Shown here piece by piece: positions 13,576-26,628 of a DNA stretch of 64,000 nucleotides (position 1 is its first letter; each line of letters opens with the position of its first letter). Both the position numbers and the translations under genes were made by a program. Below the pieces are notes generated by a model that saw only the letters and a list, made by a program, of their open reading frames with translations, ran no database searches and had not been told where the DNA came from. The DNA is from the human T2T-CHM13v2.0 reference genome, Homo sapiens: assembly GCF_009914755.1 (NCBI RefSeq), contig NC_060926.1. One strand, given 5' to 3'.

Positions 13576-16500
13576 TTAGGGAGATGTGATTCTTGAAATT
13601 TTCTGGCTTATCTATGTTATTGCTGTTTTATTTTTTTTAAGGATCCAAATCTTTCCTTATAGTGCCTTAATGTTCCTATAAGAGTCCTAGAGAATTTAAT
13701 TTTTCCAGTCTTAACCCAACAGTTATACTGAGCAAAATGGCTTATTCAGCCGTGTCATGTAAATTCTGAGACTTTTCTTCATATACAGCTGATAATTTTT
13801 AGGTGTGACTTTATCACATCTTATTTTATCTATTATTGCTGCAAAGAATATGAACAATTCTATTTTCTATTTCCCATTGTCCCTTAATCACTAACACCAA
13901 GATTCAAATTTTAAGTAATCTGGAATCTGAAATGCAGAATCAGAGTAAGAAAGAGCCAATTTTACCTGTTCAGATGCAATGGCAGAGAACTGCAAATCAA
14001 TACTATGAAAAATCAAAGAAAAATATTTTAATGGTTCTACAATTAGATGTTTCTGCAAAGCCTTCCTCTTTGTCTCAACAGTCACAAATCGACACAGTCG
14101 ATAATGTAATTCACTAGCACCTAACCCAAGCACCTGCACTTATACACCTGTTACCAATATCTTTTACTGAGGACATTCAAGATTGGTTTGATTGGAAACC
14201 ACAGGAGGTGATGCTGACTAATTTATATAAAGAAGGATTTATGCAATGCCATTGGATGAGCTCCTGAAATCAAAGGTATAATATTTCAGGATCCTTGGGT
14301 ATCTCTGGCTTCATCAGTAGTGAAAGTGCATATATGTTTCTTCTTCAGAGAATACTGGCATTCAACTGACTCAACTTCAGACACCTCTAGCGTCAAAATT
14401 TTTAAAAATCACTGGTGGTGCATACTGTATAGCAGTTACCCAGAGCATCATTCTATTTTTTTCATGGAAACTTTATTTCCCTCCCTTATTCTGAGCATTA
14501 AAAGTTAGCACAGGGGCACATAGAAAAGACACTCCCATGAGAATAAAATGGTTTTGGTTTTGTCAGTAGGCAAACTTATCTCTGGAGTTCAAAGACCAGG
14601 AGCAGATGCCAAGCAAGGGACCGCTTCAAAGAAACTGGAAGACTGCCAGCTTCTAAGATTAGCACTGCCACTACAATAATTTTGCCACGTTCAGAGTTGG
14701 GCTGAATCCAGAGGCTGCTTCTCTAATTGAAGGGTCCTAGTGTGGCTCCCTAAGTTCTTTACTTTCCGTCAGCTGTTCCCCAGCATGCAGGCTTTTCCAG
14801 CCACTGCTGGATTGCTTGTACTGCTTCCTATATGCAAGAGTCAACATTCTTAGTTAATAATAGAAAGGAATGAATGGTAATAAGTTCAGGGAAATTAATT
14901 GCTAGATTATGATGAGACTTCTTGTTTATTTTGTTCTCTGTGTTTGTCGTACCCACCTAAATTAGGTGCCCCCTTCTGTACCTGGCTCTCTTGCCTGTAT
15001 TATCTATCTTCCTCAGCAAAGTATCCTCTGTGTTGAATGGACAATCAAATAAATGTTAGAAGACAAGACACTTAATTGTCTGTTTATAGGCAAATTCAAC
15101 TGATTAGAATTATGCTTCAGTCTCTTATTTTGGGGTTTGTAGTGAATTCTTAATTCCTTTTCTAAAAATAAAAATTACTAGGTAAAAAGTTAAATGACTT
15201 TAGTCCTCCTTTTTTTCTAGTTTATGTTATTCCCGTGAGCTTCACCTTTAGGCCATTCTTCATCTCAGGTATATTGGCTTCATAATATTTTTGTCATTTG
15301 TTTCATCTCCCTGGAAATTTCTTTAGTAAGATCCATTGTCCATATTTTAGATCTCTGCTCAATGTTCACAACGTTTCTGATCATAGTTTAATTAAACTTT
15401 TGTCAGTTATTTTGCTGCTTCTAGTGTAATATTTTTGAATATTGCATTATTAATTGATTTACATTTTCTGTCTTACACAATTGTCTATTGTATTTGTAGT
15501 CTTATCTATTCATCTGAATCTTATTTCTTAAAGTCAATTATTTTCAACGTTAAGATTACAAAGTAGATAGTCTATATACTTCACTTTTATTTCTTCAATC
15601 ATACTGCTTTTTTTTTTTCCTCAAGAAAGCAAAGTTTCCTTCTCTTTTGATATTTATTATTAGGATTTTCTTCTAATATGTCTTCACATATACCATATCC
15701 AATAACAACTCTTTGACATATTTGATGGCACCATTTCCTAGTCTCTGTGTTTGTTACACATGTTCCCTCTTTGTTTATGTTCCTTTGTTGATTTCAGTCA
15801 GCATCTATGATAGTGATGGGAGGCTCAAGTTTTTGTCTTTTTCAAAGCTTCCTTGTCTTTTTATTTTTATTGTCTCCCTGAATAATTGCTACTTCTCACA
15901 GGAATATAAAAGAAAAAAGATACAAAGCTTGTAAGGTTTGCTTATTTTCATCACACTGAAGCAAGGAGCCAGATCTAATCTTAATCTCATGTAGCCAACG
16001 TTCTCCTTGAGCTTTAGTTACTCATTGAAAGAAGTCAATATATAATATATTCAAAGATTTATTATAAAATTCCCAATCTTATGTCCCATTTCTCCTAGCC
16101 ATGTCTTTTAGGACTAGTCAACCACACCAAAGTGTTACTAGAAGCATTTAGTTTTATAGACATCAGTTAAATTTTAAATGACAAATGCAGTAGATCTCAA
16201 ACTATTTAAAAAGTGCTAGTGAAATGTCAGTATGTTTAGATTGTGGGGAAAAAAAAGAAAAAATCAATATATTGTGACAAGCACTTGAATTTTCAGCACA
16301 AATGGTTTAAATGCCAGAGAAAAAAATGATGGCTCTATACCAAATTGAAATGTTGAGAATCTGTCTCTGCAGTTCCTTTATCTCTTTAGCTTGTGTCTCT
16401 TTTCTTTTTCTAGTAGGATCTGTTCTCTTCAAATGTTTTCCTCTTATGTAGTTCTCTGTAAAAATGAGCTCTAAACTCAGATCTAGATATCTTAGTTTCT

Positions 16501-16723
16501 ATAAGCTAGAAAACTAGCTCAAACTAGAGATCCAAAAATTACATTGGCAAATGTAATTTGCCATATTTTAAAACTGCTATTTCCGGAGCTACAAATTGAG
16601 TTAACTATTTGATGATCTCAATTTATTTAAACGAGTCAAATCTTCATGGATAAACACATGTTTACTCAGTACCTTTAATATTTAAGGTACATTTAGGTGC
16701 TTTGAGAATGAAGTTTCTACCAC

Positions 16724-17135
16724 TGTATTACTTTGCTAGGGTTTTCACGGTAAAGTACCACAGACTGGTTGGCTTAGACAACAAAATTTTATTTTCTCAC
16801 ATTTCTGGAAGCTAGATTTTAGAGATTAAGATACCAGCAGGGTTGGTTTCTTCCAAGGGCTCTGAGGAAAGAATACATTCCAGGTTTCTGTCTTTGCACT
16901 TGGCCATCTTCCCTCTGCATCTTCACATTGTCTTCCTTTGGCCATGTCTGATGTCCAAATTTCTTCTTTTTATGAGGACATCATTCACATTGGATCAGGG
17001 CTTACCCTAATGACTTCATTGCAAATTTAATTAACTCTATAAAGACCCTATCTCCAAATGCAATTAAATTCTGAGGTATTGGGGGATAAGGCTTCAATAC
17101 ACAAATTTTAGGGAGACAAAATTCAGTTCATAGCA
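16724..17135 (-). mobile_element. MLT1B-like MaLR solo LTR
   Basis: TGTATTACTTTGCTAGGG...AAAGTACCACAGACTGG...AAAGACCCTATCTCCAAAT...AATTCAGTTCATAGCA. Confidence 0.8.
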
Positions 17136-17157
17136 CCTATTACTTACTGTATATATG

Positions 17158-17830
17158 AAAGGCAGCATAGCATATTGGTTGAGAAAAGGCTGTGAAATCC
17201 ACCTGCCAATATCTGAATCCTCGTTCTGATTCTACTTTCCAGCTGAGTTACTCTCAGCAAGTTTTTTTTTTTTTAATCTTTAACCATTCTATGCTTCAGA
17301 GTCCACATCTACAAATTTGGGGTGTTAAAGTAAATTAAAATGGGGACCAGACCTGGAGAATTTCTAAGCAGACAAAGACAGGTAGGCCTCATAAGTGACC
17401 TTAAACTTGTTTGATTTGCACACATAAACAAAATTTAGCTTATTTCTTAACAACGCACATACTAAAGAAAATCGGGCTTAAGGCTAATTTATCAGAAGCT
17501 GCCAACCAATTTATATAACTAAACACTCTACAGCAGGATAGACAAATAAGGCAATTGTATAAGTGTCACCAATCAAATATTTTATTTGCTTTAATTCTGT
17601 GTTAATCCTACAAAAACCTTGCCCTCCAGTTCCTCAGGCGAAGCCTCAAAACCATACCTGGTTTGGACATGCCTGACTTGTGAATTGCTGTTTTCTCAAA
17701 TAATCTGTTTAAAATTTTATTGTGCCTCTGTTAATTTTGAACAAGAGCAATAATTATTTCACAGGCTTGTTTTGTAGACTAATGAGTTAATACATGTAAA
17801 GTGCTTTAAAATTATATATCTCAGAGTACA
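17158..17830 (+). mobile_element. MIR SINE split by LTR37
   Basis: GGCAGCATAGCATATTGGTTGAG...TCTGAATCCTCGTTCTG...CCACATCTACAAATTTGGGG; resumes ACTAATGAGTTAATACATGTAAAGTGCTT after 17743. Confidence 0.7.
17323..17743 (+). mobile_element. LTR37-like ERV1 solo LTR
   Basis: TGTTAAAGTAAATTAAAATGGGGACCAGACCTGGAGAA...GGCCTCATAAGTGACC...TTTTGAACA; TG...CA ends. Confidence 0.7.
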
Positions 17831-19303
17831 AATTCAATATATATGCAATTCAATTTTAGATATTTTTATAACTAAATAAAGGGCAGGAGATTTGCTATAA
17901 AATATATAAAGCCATCAAGATGAGAAAATCAAGCGTACTCCTAATAAAGTAGTGATGATATTAGATTCTAATAAAATTTATTTTGACAAAAATAACCATT
18001 TGAAAAATATTTAAGCAGAACCATTTAAGCAATTGCTATTCAAAAGCATTTAAACTTCCTAAACAGACTCTGGTTCTGGGTAAGATAAAGTGTACTTTAT
18101 CTTTCTTACTGAGTACACCTATACAACCTGAGTAGAATGCATGGAAAAGCTCTATGTGGACACAGACAAGTAGTTTGTGGTAGGCAGATTTGGAAAGGCC
18201 AGAATTTAAAGTTCTACCACACTGTGGTAATTATACATTTTTCCCCTTTTTCACCTTCCTGGCCTTGAGGTTGCCTAAAATCTGGATGTGTGTATTTTGG
18301 TAGACAGAAAACACTCCAGGAGGGGCCCACCAGTTCTGACTAGAGGAATGGAAATGTGGTTTCCTAACATTCAGAGTTGGTAGGAGAAATCCCGGTTTTC
18401 TTTTCCTTCTTGTACTTCTTTTTGTCTTCCTACTTAAAATTATCTCTCATTCCATTCAGTTCCTAGGCAGATCCACTTGCAGAGATTGGAGTGATGGCCA
18501 CAGTGGAAGCAAGGCAGCTTGCAGGCACCTAAAACTCAGAGTGAGCAAACTTTCCTTTCCAGTTGAGCAGCTGTGGTCCTAAGAAGGTGGAATAAAATGT
18601 CACTATTTTGGTCCCTATTTGTCCTCACCCTGCTTCCTGTGAGTGTGACCAATCCCAGAAGTGGTCACACTCACAGGAAGTGTGTGGCACAGCAGGACAA
18701 ATAAAGCTTCAGCTTTCTAGTTAAAGGATCAAAAAGGAAAGCCCCAGAAAACTGAAAAGTATAGCGATAATCCCAGATAGGGAAGAACTCAGAACTGTGA
18801 ATTTATAAAGCTGTGTATGATCTCATGGGCTCACCCTTGACCTGATCATGTATGGATCCTAACCTAAACAACATACCATATTTTTTGAAAACTAAACTAA
18901 AAGACAGACTACTGCCTAGGTCCCAGACTGGCCACTGGCTGGTGTACACATGGGACAGATCTGAATTATAAAGGCAGTGGCAATAGAAATGAATTAAAAC
19001 CACAATAAACTAAAACTGGTTGAAATTTGTTTTGTGCACCCAACTATGCTGATTATCTGCTGAAACAAAAATATCAATATTAAGTATCATTTAGACAAGA
19101 CAGAGTCTCATTGCATAATATTCAAAATGTCTAGGATACAAGCCCAAATTACTCAGCATATAAAGAATTAAGAAAATTTCCACGTGCAGGATAAAAGGCA
19201 TTGAACGGATGAGAAGGCCAAGATCTTACAGATGTTGGAATTCTATGACAAAGAATTTAAATCAGCTATTATAAAATGCTTCAGCAAGCAATCACAGACA
19301 TAA

Positions 19304-19582
<279 letters not shown>

Positions 19583-19943
19583 AGACATAATTGAAATAAA
19601 TAGAATGATAGGAAATATCAGAAACAAAGTAGAATATGATCCAAAGTGAAGACAATCCAAATATATATTTTAGAACTGAGCAATAAAGTAACAGCAAAAG
19701 CAAAACCTCATGGAATAAATCAGGTATTTTAAATTTAGGGTCGATATATGGCTTCTTGAGGATGTAGAAGGAGCTGCGGGTCGTTGAAAATGAATTGTAT
19801 GGATATCAAATGGGCAGTTTCCAAGGAGGTGGGTGCAATGTTGAAAAGGCTGATGTCTTGGCCGCAAGCTTGGAGGTTATAATTTAATGATCTGTGGGTA
19901 GGACTAGGGGAATCAATGTTTTAAAAAATCTACTCAGACCATT

Positions 19944-20729
19944 TGAGACAGAGCAGAGACCCTCTCTTAGGGGCCTGTACCCGTCGTCCCCTGCCAAACA
20001 TCGAAATAAAGGAAAATCTTGAGTTATTTTAAGGGAAATTCTAGGTTCCTAGCTATCCCTAACAAGTAAATAAGCAACCTGTAAAGCAACAAGATAATAG
20101 TAGCCTAATACAATAGCCAAGGAAGCTACAATCACAGGTTGTTTGGTTTTCCTATAGAAACTAAAGATAACATCTTAACATATGTTTCTGACTTGTTTTT
20201 CAGAAACAGATCCCCACCAAGTGGATCTGCCAGCACAGCAGGTAGGCTTCAGACAAGGAGGAACTGCAGACTGACCTCTGACCACCACTCCTTGTTATAA
20301 ATTTCTTCCTCCCAGGCCTGGAGAAACTCACCCCCACAAGCCAGAGCTAACATTCTTCTTTGCAGACCCCAAATTTTTAAATCAAGCTTTTCTTCCTTAA
20401 CCTTTTGTATATCAGAAAATCTTTTAATCTACCTGTGACCTATAAGACCCCTCTTCAAGACATCCCACACTTTTAGGCCAGCACCACTGTGTAACCTCCA
20501 TGTATTGATTTTAAGTTTTTCCTGTAACTTCTGCTTTCCTGAAATCTACCCATGACTTTACCCCTTATCTGCAAGCCACTGGGGAGGTTGGGACATAAGT
20601 GTAAGCTGCCTGATTCTCCTTGCTTGGTGCCCTGCAAATATATGCTTTCCTTTTTCCTGCTGCAAAGGTCAGCGTGGATATCTGGTCTTACTGCACCAAG
20701 TAAGTGGACCCCTGTTCACTTCCATAACA
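19944..20729 (+). mobile_element. ERV1 MER4-group solo LTR (LTR39-like)
   Basis: TGAGACAGAGCAGAGACCCTCTCTTAGGGGCC...GGAAAATCTTGAG...CCTATAGAAACTAAAGATAACATCTTAACA...CCATAACA; 4-bp TSD CATT; sits within a MER5A-like remnant. Confidence 0.75.
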
Positions 20730-20979
20730 CATTCTCACCACCAGCCAGGGGCAAGGATAGTTAATCAAGTGCAGCCCACTTAGTTTTCAGAAGAGAAGAC
20801 TGAAGCCCAACAGGTTTTTACCCCATCAGCTTTCTCTGCCACCTAGATTGTGAATACTATTTACTATCACTTGTTTTCTGGGCTTAGAAGCGTGACAACC
20901 CAACTTTAAATCTAATTCCTATGTCCCACATCAACTTTCTATCTTCTTCTATTTCTCAGAAACTTCTCTTATATTTGTG

Positions 20980-21896
20980 TGTAAACCAGAAATAAAATTC
21001 TAAGACCCCTCAACTGACTGAACAGATCCCCCTTTTGGCCAAGGGCATTCCAAAGTAAACCTGAAAAACAAGTGCAGTTCATGATGGGAAGGGGGAATCG
21101 GACATGTCTCATTATGCCTTCCTCCCTTTGGAATTCAGGCACAACTGACCAGCATTAAGATTAAGACAGATATCTTAAGACTGACAAAACACTTTGTAAC
21201 AATAAGATATCAAGTTCCAACCTGACTATAGTATAGCATCACATGACAGATAGCAGGCCTTGAAAGAAATGAAAATATTTTACCCTAAGATATATTTCTT
21301 TGACATATTTTGAAATACCCTGCTAAGATACCTCTTGTGGGGAAAATGTGCATTCTAAAGAGAATCATTTTCCCTTTACAAGTTTTTCCTTGATCCAGGA
21401 GAGATTAAATAAGAGACTGACACATTTTTGGATCTGATTAGAGACATTTACTATCTGTCCTTTCTGAAGGCTACTACCTGGAGGGTTCCTCTGCAAGCCA
21501 TTGGGGATGCATAATAAGAACTTTGATCTCCACAACTCCTTAACTCAACCCAGATACTCCTTTCTATTGATTACAGTTCTTCAATAATAATTTAACTCTT
21601 TCAACCAATTGCCCGTCAGAAAATCTTTGAATCCACTTGTGATCTGGAAACCCCCATTTTGAGTTGTCCTGCTTTGCCAGACTGAACAAATGTATACCTT
21701 ATATGTATTGATTGATGGCTGCTTATAGCCTCTGACCCCCTAAAATGTATAAAATCTAGCTGTAACCCAACCATCTTTGGAACATGTTCTCAGGACTTCC
21801 TGGGGCTGTGTCACAGGCATTGGTCACTCATATTTGGCTTCTGAAAATACGTAAACCTCTTTAAATATTTTACAGAGTTTAGCTCTTTTTATGACA
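20980..21896 (+). mobile_element. MER4D-like ERV1 solo LTR
   Basis: TGTAAACCAGAAATAAAATTCTAAG...GGCACAACTGACCAGCATTAA...GTCACTCATATTTGGCT...AAATATTTTACAGAGTTT...GACA; TSD TGTG/TGTA. Confidence 0.85.
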
Positions 21897-21947
21897 TGTA
21901 TATTTATTTCTCAGAAAGATCCCCAACCTTATTTTTCACCTTGATTA

Positions 21948-22372
21948 GAGGGCTGAGGTGGAATAGGTGGAAAGCTTGTCTGGGGTGTGGAATTTGGGAG
22001 CATATTGCAATGTTCAGTGATTAATACTATTTAGAAGAACAATTTTTGAAATAAAAATTAATTGCAAAACATGACGGTAAAATAGAAAACAGTTAAACAA
22101 AAGTAAAAACCAATTAACAGTGCTTTGTGAAGCAATATTAAAAACTGAGGCAAAATAATAATAATCAATTATATTTGCCTTATTTTTATTTGGAATTTGG
22201 ATGGTTTGTTCCTCATGGATTTTTCTCTTTTTTGGCATCAATTTAGTGTATTAAACGTTGCAAATAAATGGTGCATGGAAATGTTCTTTTGATCGATGAA
22301 TTTTTTGGTGACCCCTTGGATTTTAGAGCTCAGAAAAAGTGCATCTCTTGTCTTAACCTGATCCTGACCCTG
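21948..22372. mobile_element. MER96B-like hAT-Tip100 DNA transposon
   Basis: TTTGTTCCTCATGGATTTTT...TTTTTTGGTGACCCCTTGGATTTT...AGTGCATCTCTTGTCTTAACCTGATCCTGACCCTG resembles the MER96B end; AGGGCTG start. Confidence 0.55.
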
Positions 22373-23911
22373 AGTACTGCACCTCCTAAGTGGAGACTTA
22401 TGGAAACAGCAAGAGGCTCCTGACCATGATGAGAAACAGGTTAAATCATTTGGAAATGAGAGCATGGACAGAATGAACAATGTTTTGAGTGAGAGAAGGG
22501 GAAAGATTTAATTCTTTCTTACAAAAATGTATGAAATTTTTCCTTTATTGGCTAGCACTAGACATTTTCTGAAAGGAGGGATTAAATTTTATTGAAGACC
22601 ACTTTTTTTAAATAAACTACTTAATGTGAAGATAAAACTCTGAATATCTACATTATTAGTAACCATGATGATTTTCTTAAAAAGACAATTAAACAGGTTT
22701 TTCAATCAGAAATACAAAATAATAGAGGAGGAAAAATCTGATAAGAGAACAGGAGAGGCATCATTTTGGGAACGGGAATTGCCAATGCCTACGTTGTTTG
22801 CATATGAAATGTAGATTCTTCCATCTTCCTAAACTTTCCAGTGAAGTCCACATAAATGCCTATGTGAGTAGGTTTTGTCTTATTTTTGTGTTGTGCAAAT
22901 TAGAAAAGGGTACATATTTTCTGCCAGTGACAATAACAGCAAGAAAATGAGAGAATTCCTCAATTGAACTAATTCAGCAAAAGCAAGAGCTCCAAGTCAG
23001 AGAAGGATATGATAATACTGGTTCGTTTAGAGTTCTCAGGAATCTCATAAAAGGCCTTGGGCTTTCCAATATTTTAAAAAGTTGAATCCATTCTTCCCTG
23101 ACTCAAGGTCTCTGTGGCTACAGCTGATGTGTAGTCAAGCCATTACCATGGCTTCTCAGCATAAATAGAAAATACTAACACTTTATGGTCTCAAAATTTT
23201 GTAGACTCTGAACTTTCTTGTATGTGATTATGCAGAATTTCTTAAATGTTTCTTAATCAGCCAGTAAAATAGTCACCTTTCTTCCAAAGTTAAGAAAAGT
23301 TACCAAAACTTGGCAATAAGAAATAAGGCAATTAAGTAAGTGGCATGTCTTTTCAATGTCATATGGGGAAAAAAGCCCACTTAAGGACTGTCTAAGATAA
23401 TGCACTTTCTTCTACTCATTGTTTACTCTTCTTCAGAATTCCTGAACTTAAAGAAGTTACATGTAAGTAGTTGGATTTTTGTTCATTTTGTAAAAACACA
23501 AAAACAGTCTGTCTGGCAGAAAGAAAGATAACAACAAAGTTTACAATTTAGTGAACTGGAAGATATTAGTTACTCTCTTCAATCTTGTTGAATTGGTCTA
23601 AACATCTGTTTGTTTTTTTCATTAATTAATGAATTAAATAAAACTTTTGACATATGTTCATTACAAAAACAATTAAAAATTATTTGTTGAACTCAATATC
23701 TGAATTAGCTTAAAATCAGAATGGAGATGACAGGGAGGAATTAGCAATCTTAAAGATGGATCAGTAGAAATTATCCAAGCTGAACAACAGACAGAGGAAA
23801 GATAAACAAAACAAAATAATGCTCAAGGACCTGTGGGAGGCTACTAAAAGGTAAAACATTTGTGTCATTGGAATTATACAAGGAAAAAAGAAAAAGAAGT
23901 ATAGTGCAGAA

Positions 23912-24025
23912 GTATATGTGTATATATTTATATATATGTGTGTATATATACAGATATACGTGTATATATGTGTGTGTGTATATATATATATATATACATA
24001 CTAATATATTTTGTGTATGTATACA
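23912..24025. repeat. Imperfect (TA)n/(TG)n microsatellite inside L1 ORF1
   Basis: GTATATGTGTATATATTTATATATATGTGTGTATATATAC...TATATATATATATACATA. Confidence 0.9.
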
Positions 24026-24765
24026 CAAACATTGCAAATTTGACTAAAGCCATAAACTCTCATATTGAGTAATCTCAGTGAACTGCAAAGAAAATAACAT
24101 GAAGAAAGAAATTCACGCCTAGTCACATGATAATCAAAGTACTAAATTTTAAAAACAAAGAAAAACATCTTGAAAGCAGCTATAGAGAAATAATGTATTA
24201 TTTATAAGGAAACTATTTGAATGACAACAAGTTTCTCATCAGAAACAACTGACGCTAGGAAGAAGTGGCTTAATATTTGTAAGGTGCTAGAAGACAACTA
24301 CTGTCAACCCAAACATCTATATCCAGTTAAAATGTCCTTCAAAAGTGATGAAAGTATAAAGACTTCTCAAATAAAGAATCTATGGCCAGCACAGCTACTT
24401 TAAAAATATTCCAAAGAACATTATTTTGACAGAAATAAAATGATACCAAAAGGAAACTTGAAACATTAAGATGAAAGAAGAGCAAGATAAAAAGTAAATA
24501 TTGATGTAACAAAATAGACTATTAATCTCTTTTTGAGTTCTTTAAACATGTTTGAGAATTGAAACAAAATTGTTTTAAATTACCTAATAGATTTTCAGTG
24601 CATATAGATATATTACATAAAACAAATAAGTATAACAGGAAAAGAGAGCTATCTGGTGGTAAAGTTTCTACGTTCCACTTGAAGTAGTCAAATAGAATAA
24701 AAGAAAATAAGTAGATGGCTAAAAGTTAAGTATTATATTGTAATGTTGAAAGCAACCACTTAAAC

Positions 24766-25088
24766 AAGGGGTGTCCAACCCCTGATACCAGTCCGTGGCT
24801 TGTTAGGAACTGGGCTGCACAGCAGGAGGTGAGTGGAGGGTGAGCCAGCATTACCACATGAGCTCCACCTCCTATCAGATCATCAGCAGCACTGGATTCC
24901 CATAGGAATGCAAGCCCTGTTGTGAACTGCACATGCAAGGCATCTAGGTCGCACACTTCTTTTGACAGTCTAATGCCTGATGATCTGAGGTGGAACAGTT
25001 TCATCCAAAAACCATACCCTGCCACCACCTGTGGAAAAATTTTCTTCCACAAAACTGGTCCCTTGTAGCAAAAAGTTGGGGACCACTG
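24766..25088. mobile_element. MER1B hAT-Charlie DNA transposon
   Basis: AGGGGTGTCCAACCCC...GTTAGGAACTGGGCTGCACAGCAGGAGGTGAG...AAAAAGTTGGGGACCACTG; 8-bp TSD ACTTAAAC/ACTTAAAA. Confidence 0.9.
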
Positions 25089-25887
25089 ACTTAAAACACT
25101 ATAAAAAGAATAAGATTCAATAACAACACAATTGGTAAAATAGAATAGTAAAAAAAGTGCAAAATACCTAAAAGAAGGCAGGAAAAGAAAGCATAGAAAT
25201 TAAAACATAAAGCAAATAAACAGAAAAGACATAATAAAATGATAAACCTATATCCCAACAGTAAGTATATTAAATAATACTGGTCAAAACACATGTATTA
25301 ATAAATGGGGATTGCTGGAGATTAAACTAACTAATATGACCTAACTAAATGCTTAAGAAACTCACTTTAAATTAACAATAGATAGGTGAAAAGTCAAAGA
25401 ATAACAAATGAAATGGACCCAATAGTCCCAGGGATATTCTTTCTTTCTTTTTTTTTTTTTTTTTTTTTTTTTGATAAACATAGAAATTCACCCTTCCGGG
25501 CTTAAAACTTGAAACTTACATTTGTTTTATCTGAGTTCCTTCCTCAGGAACTGGAGCCCCAGTCCTCTCAAAAAGTATCATGTAACTGAAACTCACCAGA
25601 TCATCACACCCAACAAGGAGATGCTGGGTCTCACATTCATCATGATTGCTTTCTTACCCCTCCCAAGTTCTTATTTTCCTACACATAGTTACACTTCTTC
25701 CCTGCTATATAAACTCCTAGTTTTAGTTGGTCAGGGAGATGGATGTGAGAGTGATCTCCCATCTCCTTGGCTGCTGCACCCCATTAAAACCTTCTTCCTT
25801 GGCAGTACTTGTCTTCTCAGTCATTGGCTTTCTGTGCAGCAAACAGCAGAACTTAGACTAAACCACAGATATTTAGGTAACAGAGTT

Positions 25888-25905
25888 TAGTTCCATGACC
25901 AGGAA
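25888..25905 (+). promoter_or_regulatory. Retroviral primer-binding site (tRNA-Glu type) of the LOR1 provirus
   Basis: TAGTTCCATGACCAGGAA matches TGGTTCCCTGACCGGGAA (complement of the tRNA-Glu 3' end) at 15/18, 5 nt after the 5' LTR; leader splice-donor-like CAG|GTGAGT follows near 25988. Confidence 0.65.
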
Positions 25906-26331
25906 CACTTTGCTCGTGGCTTGACTGCTGTGGGCCTGGAGTTTCAGAAGTCCTGCTAAGGAGCTGCCTTCCAAATATTGACTGCAGGTGAGTTTCTGTC
26001 TGTTTCTGGCCCCACTGCTGCCAGCCCCAATCATGCTCCTGATCACCTCAGAAGAACTGCCTTTGAAATTGGACATCTGCTTCCGTATAGGTGAGTGACC
26101 TTTGTGGACCCTGATAGCAACATCTGCTCCTCTCAACTGGGGAAATTTTTAAGGAATTTTTCCATATGCAGGTTGAACAAGCCCAACAGACTGAGAGAGG
26201 GAAGCAGTCTGACTGTTTCAGAATGGACACTCTTGCGGGCTTGTGTGAATAATTTTGAATGAGAAAGGATTCGTATGGTGAATTTTTGTCCTCAAGTAAA
26301 ATGACTGACTAGTTATTAAAAAGAAAAAAAG

Positions 26332-26628
26332 AGCCAGGCGTGGTGGCTCATGCCTGTAATCCCAGCACTTTGGGAGGCCAAGGTGGTTGGATCACGAGGT
26401 CAGGAGATTGAGACCATGGTGAAACCCCATCTGTACTAAAAATAAAAAAAATTAGCTGGGTGTGGTGGCTGGCACCTGTAGTCCCAGCTACTCGGGAGGC
26501 TGAGGCAGGAGAATGGCATGAACCCGGGAGGCAGAGCTTGCAGTGAGCCTAGATGGCGCCACTGCACTCCAGCCTGGGCAACAGAGCGAGACTCTGTCTC
26601 AAAAAACAAAACAAAACATAACAAAACC
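26332..26628 (+). mobile_element. AluY with 12-bp left-arm deletion (AluYd/Yc-type lineage)
   Basis: GAGACCATGGTGAAACC lacks CCTGGCTAACAC; AluY features GAATGGCATGAACCCGGG and GAGCTTGCAG; (CAAAA)n tail; AGAAAAAAA flanks. Confidence 0.85.

Noticed and set aside
13932-14117. ATG-initiated 61-aa ORF in unique DNA
   Set aside because: No homology that I recognise and no promoter or splice context; the length is expected by chance.
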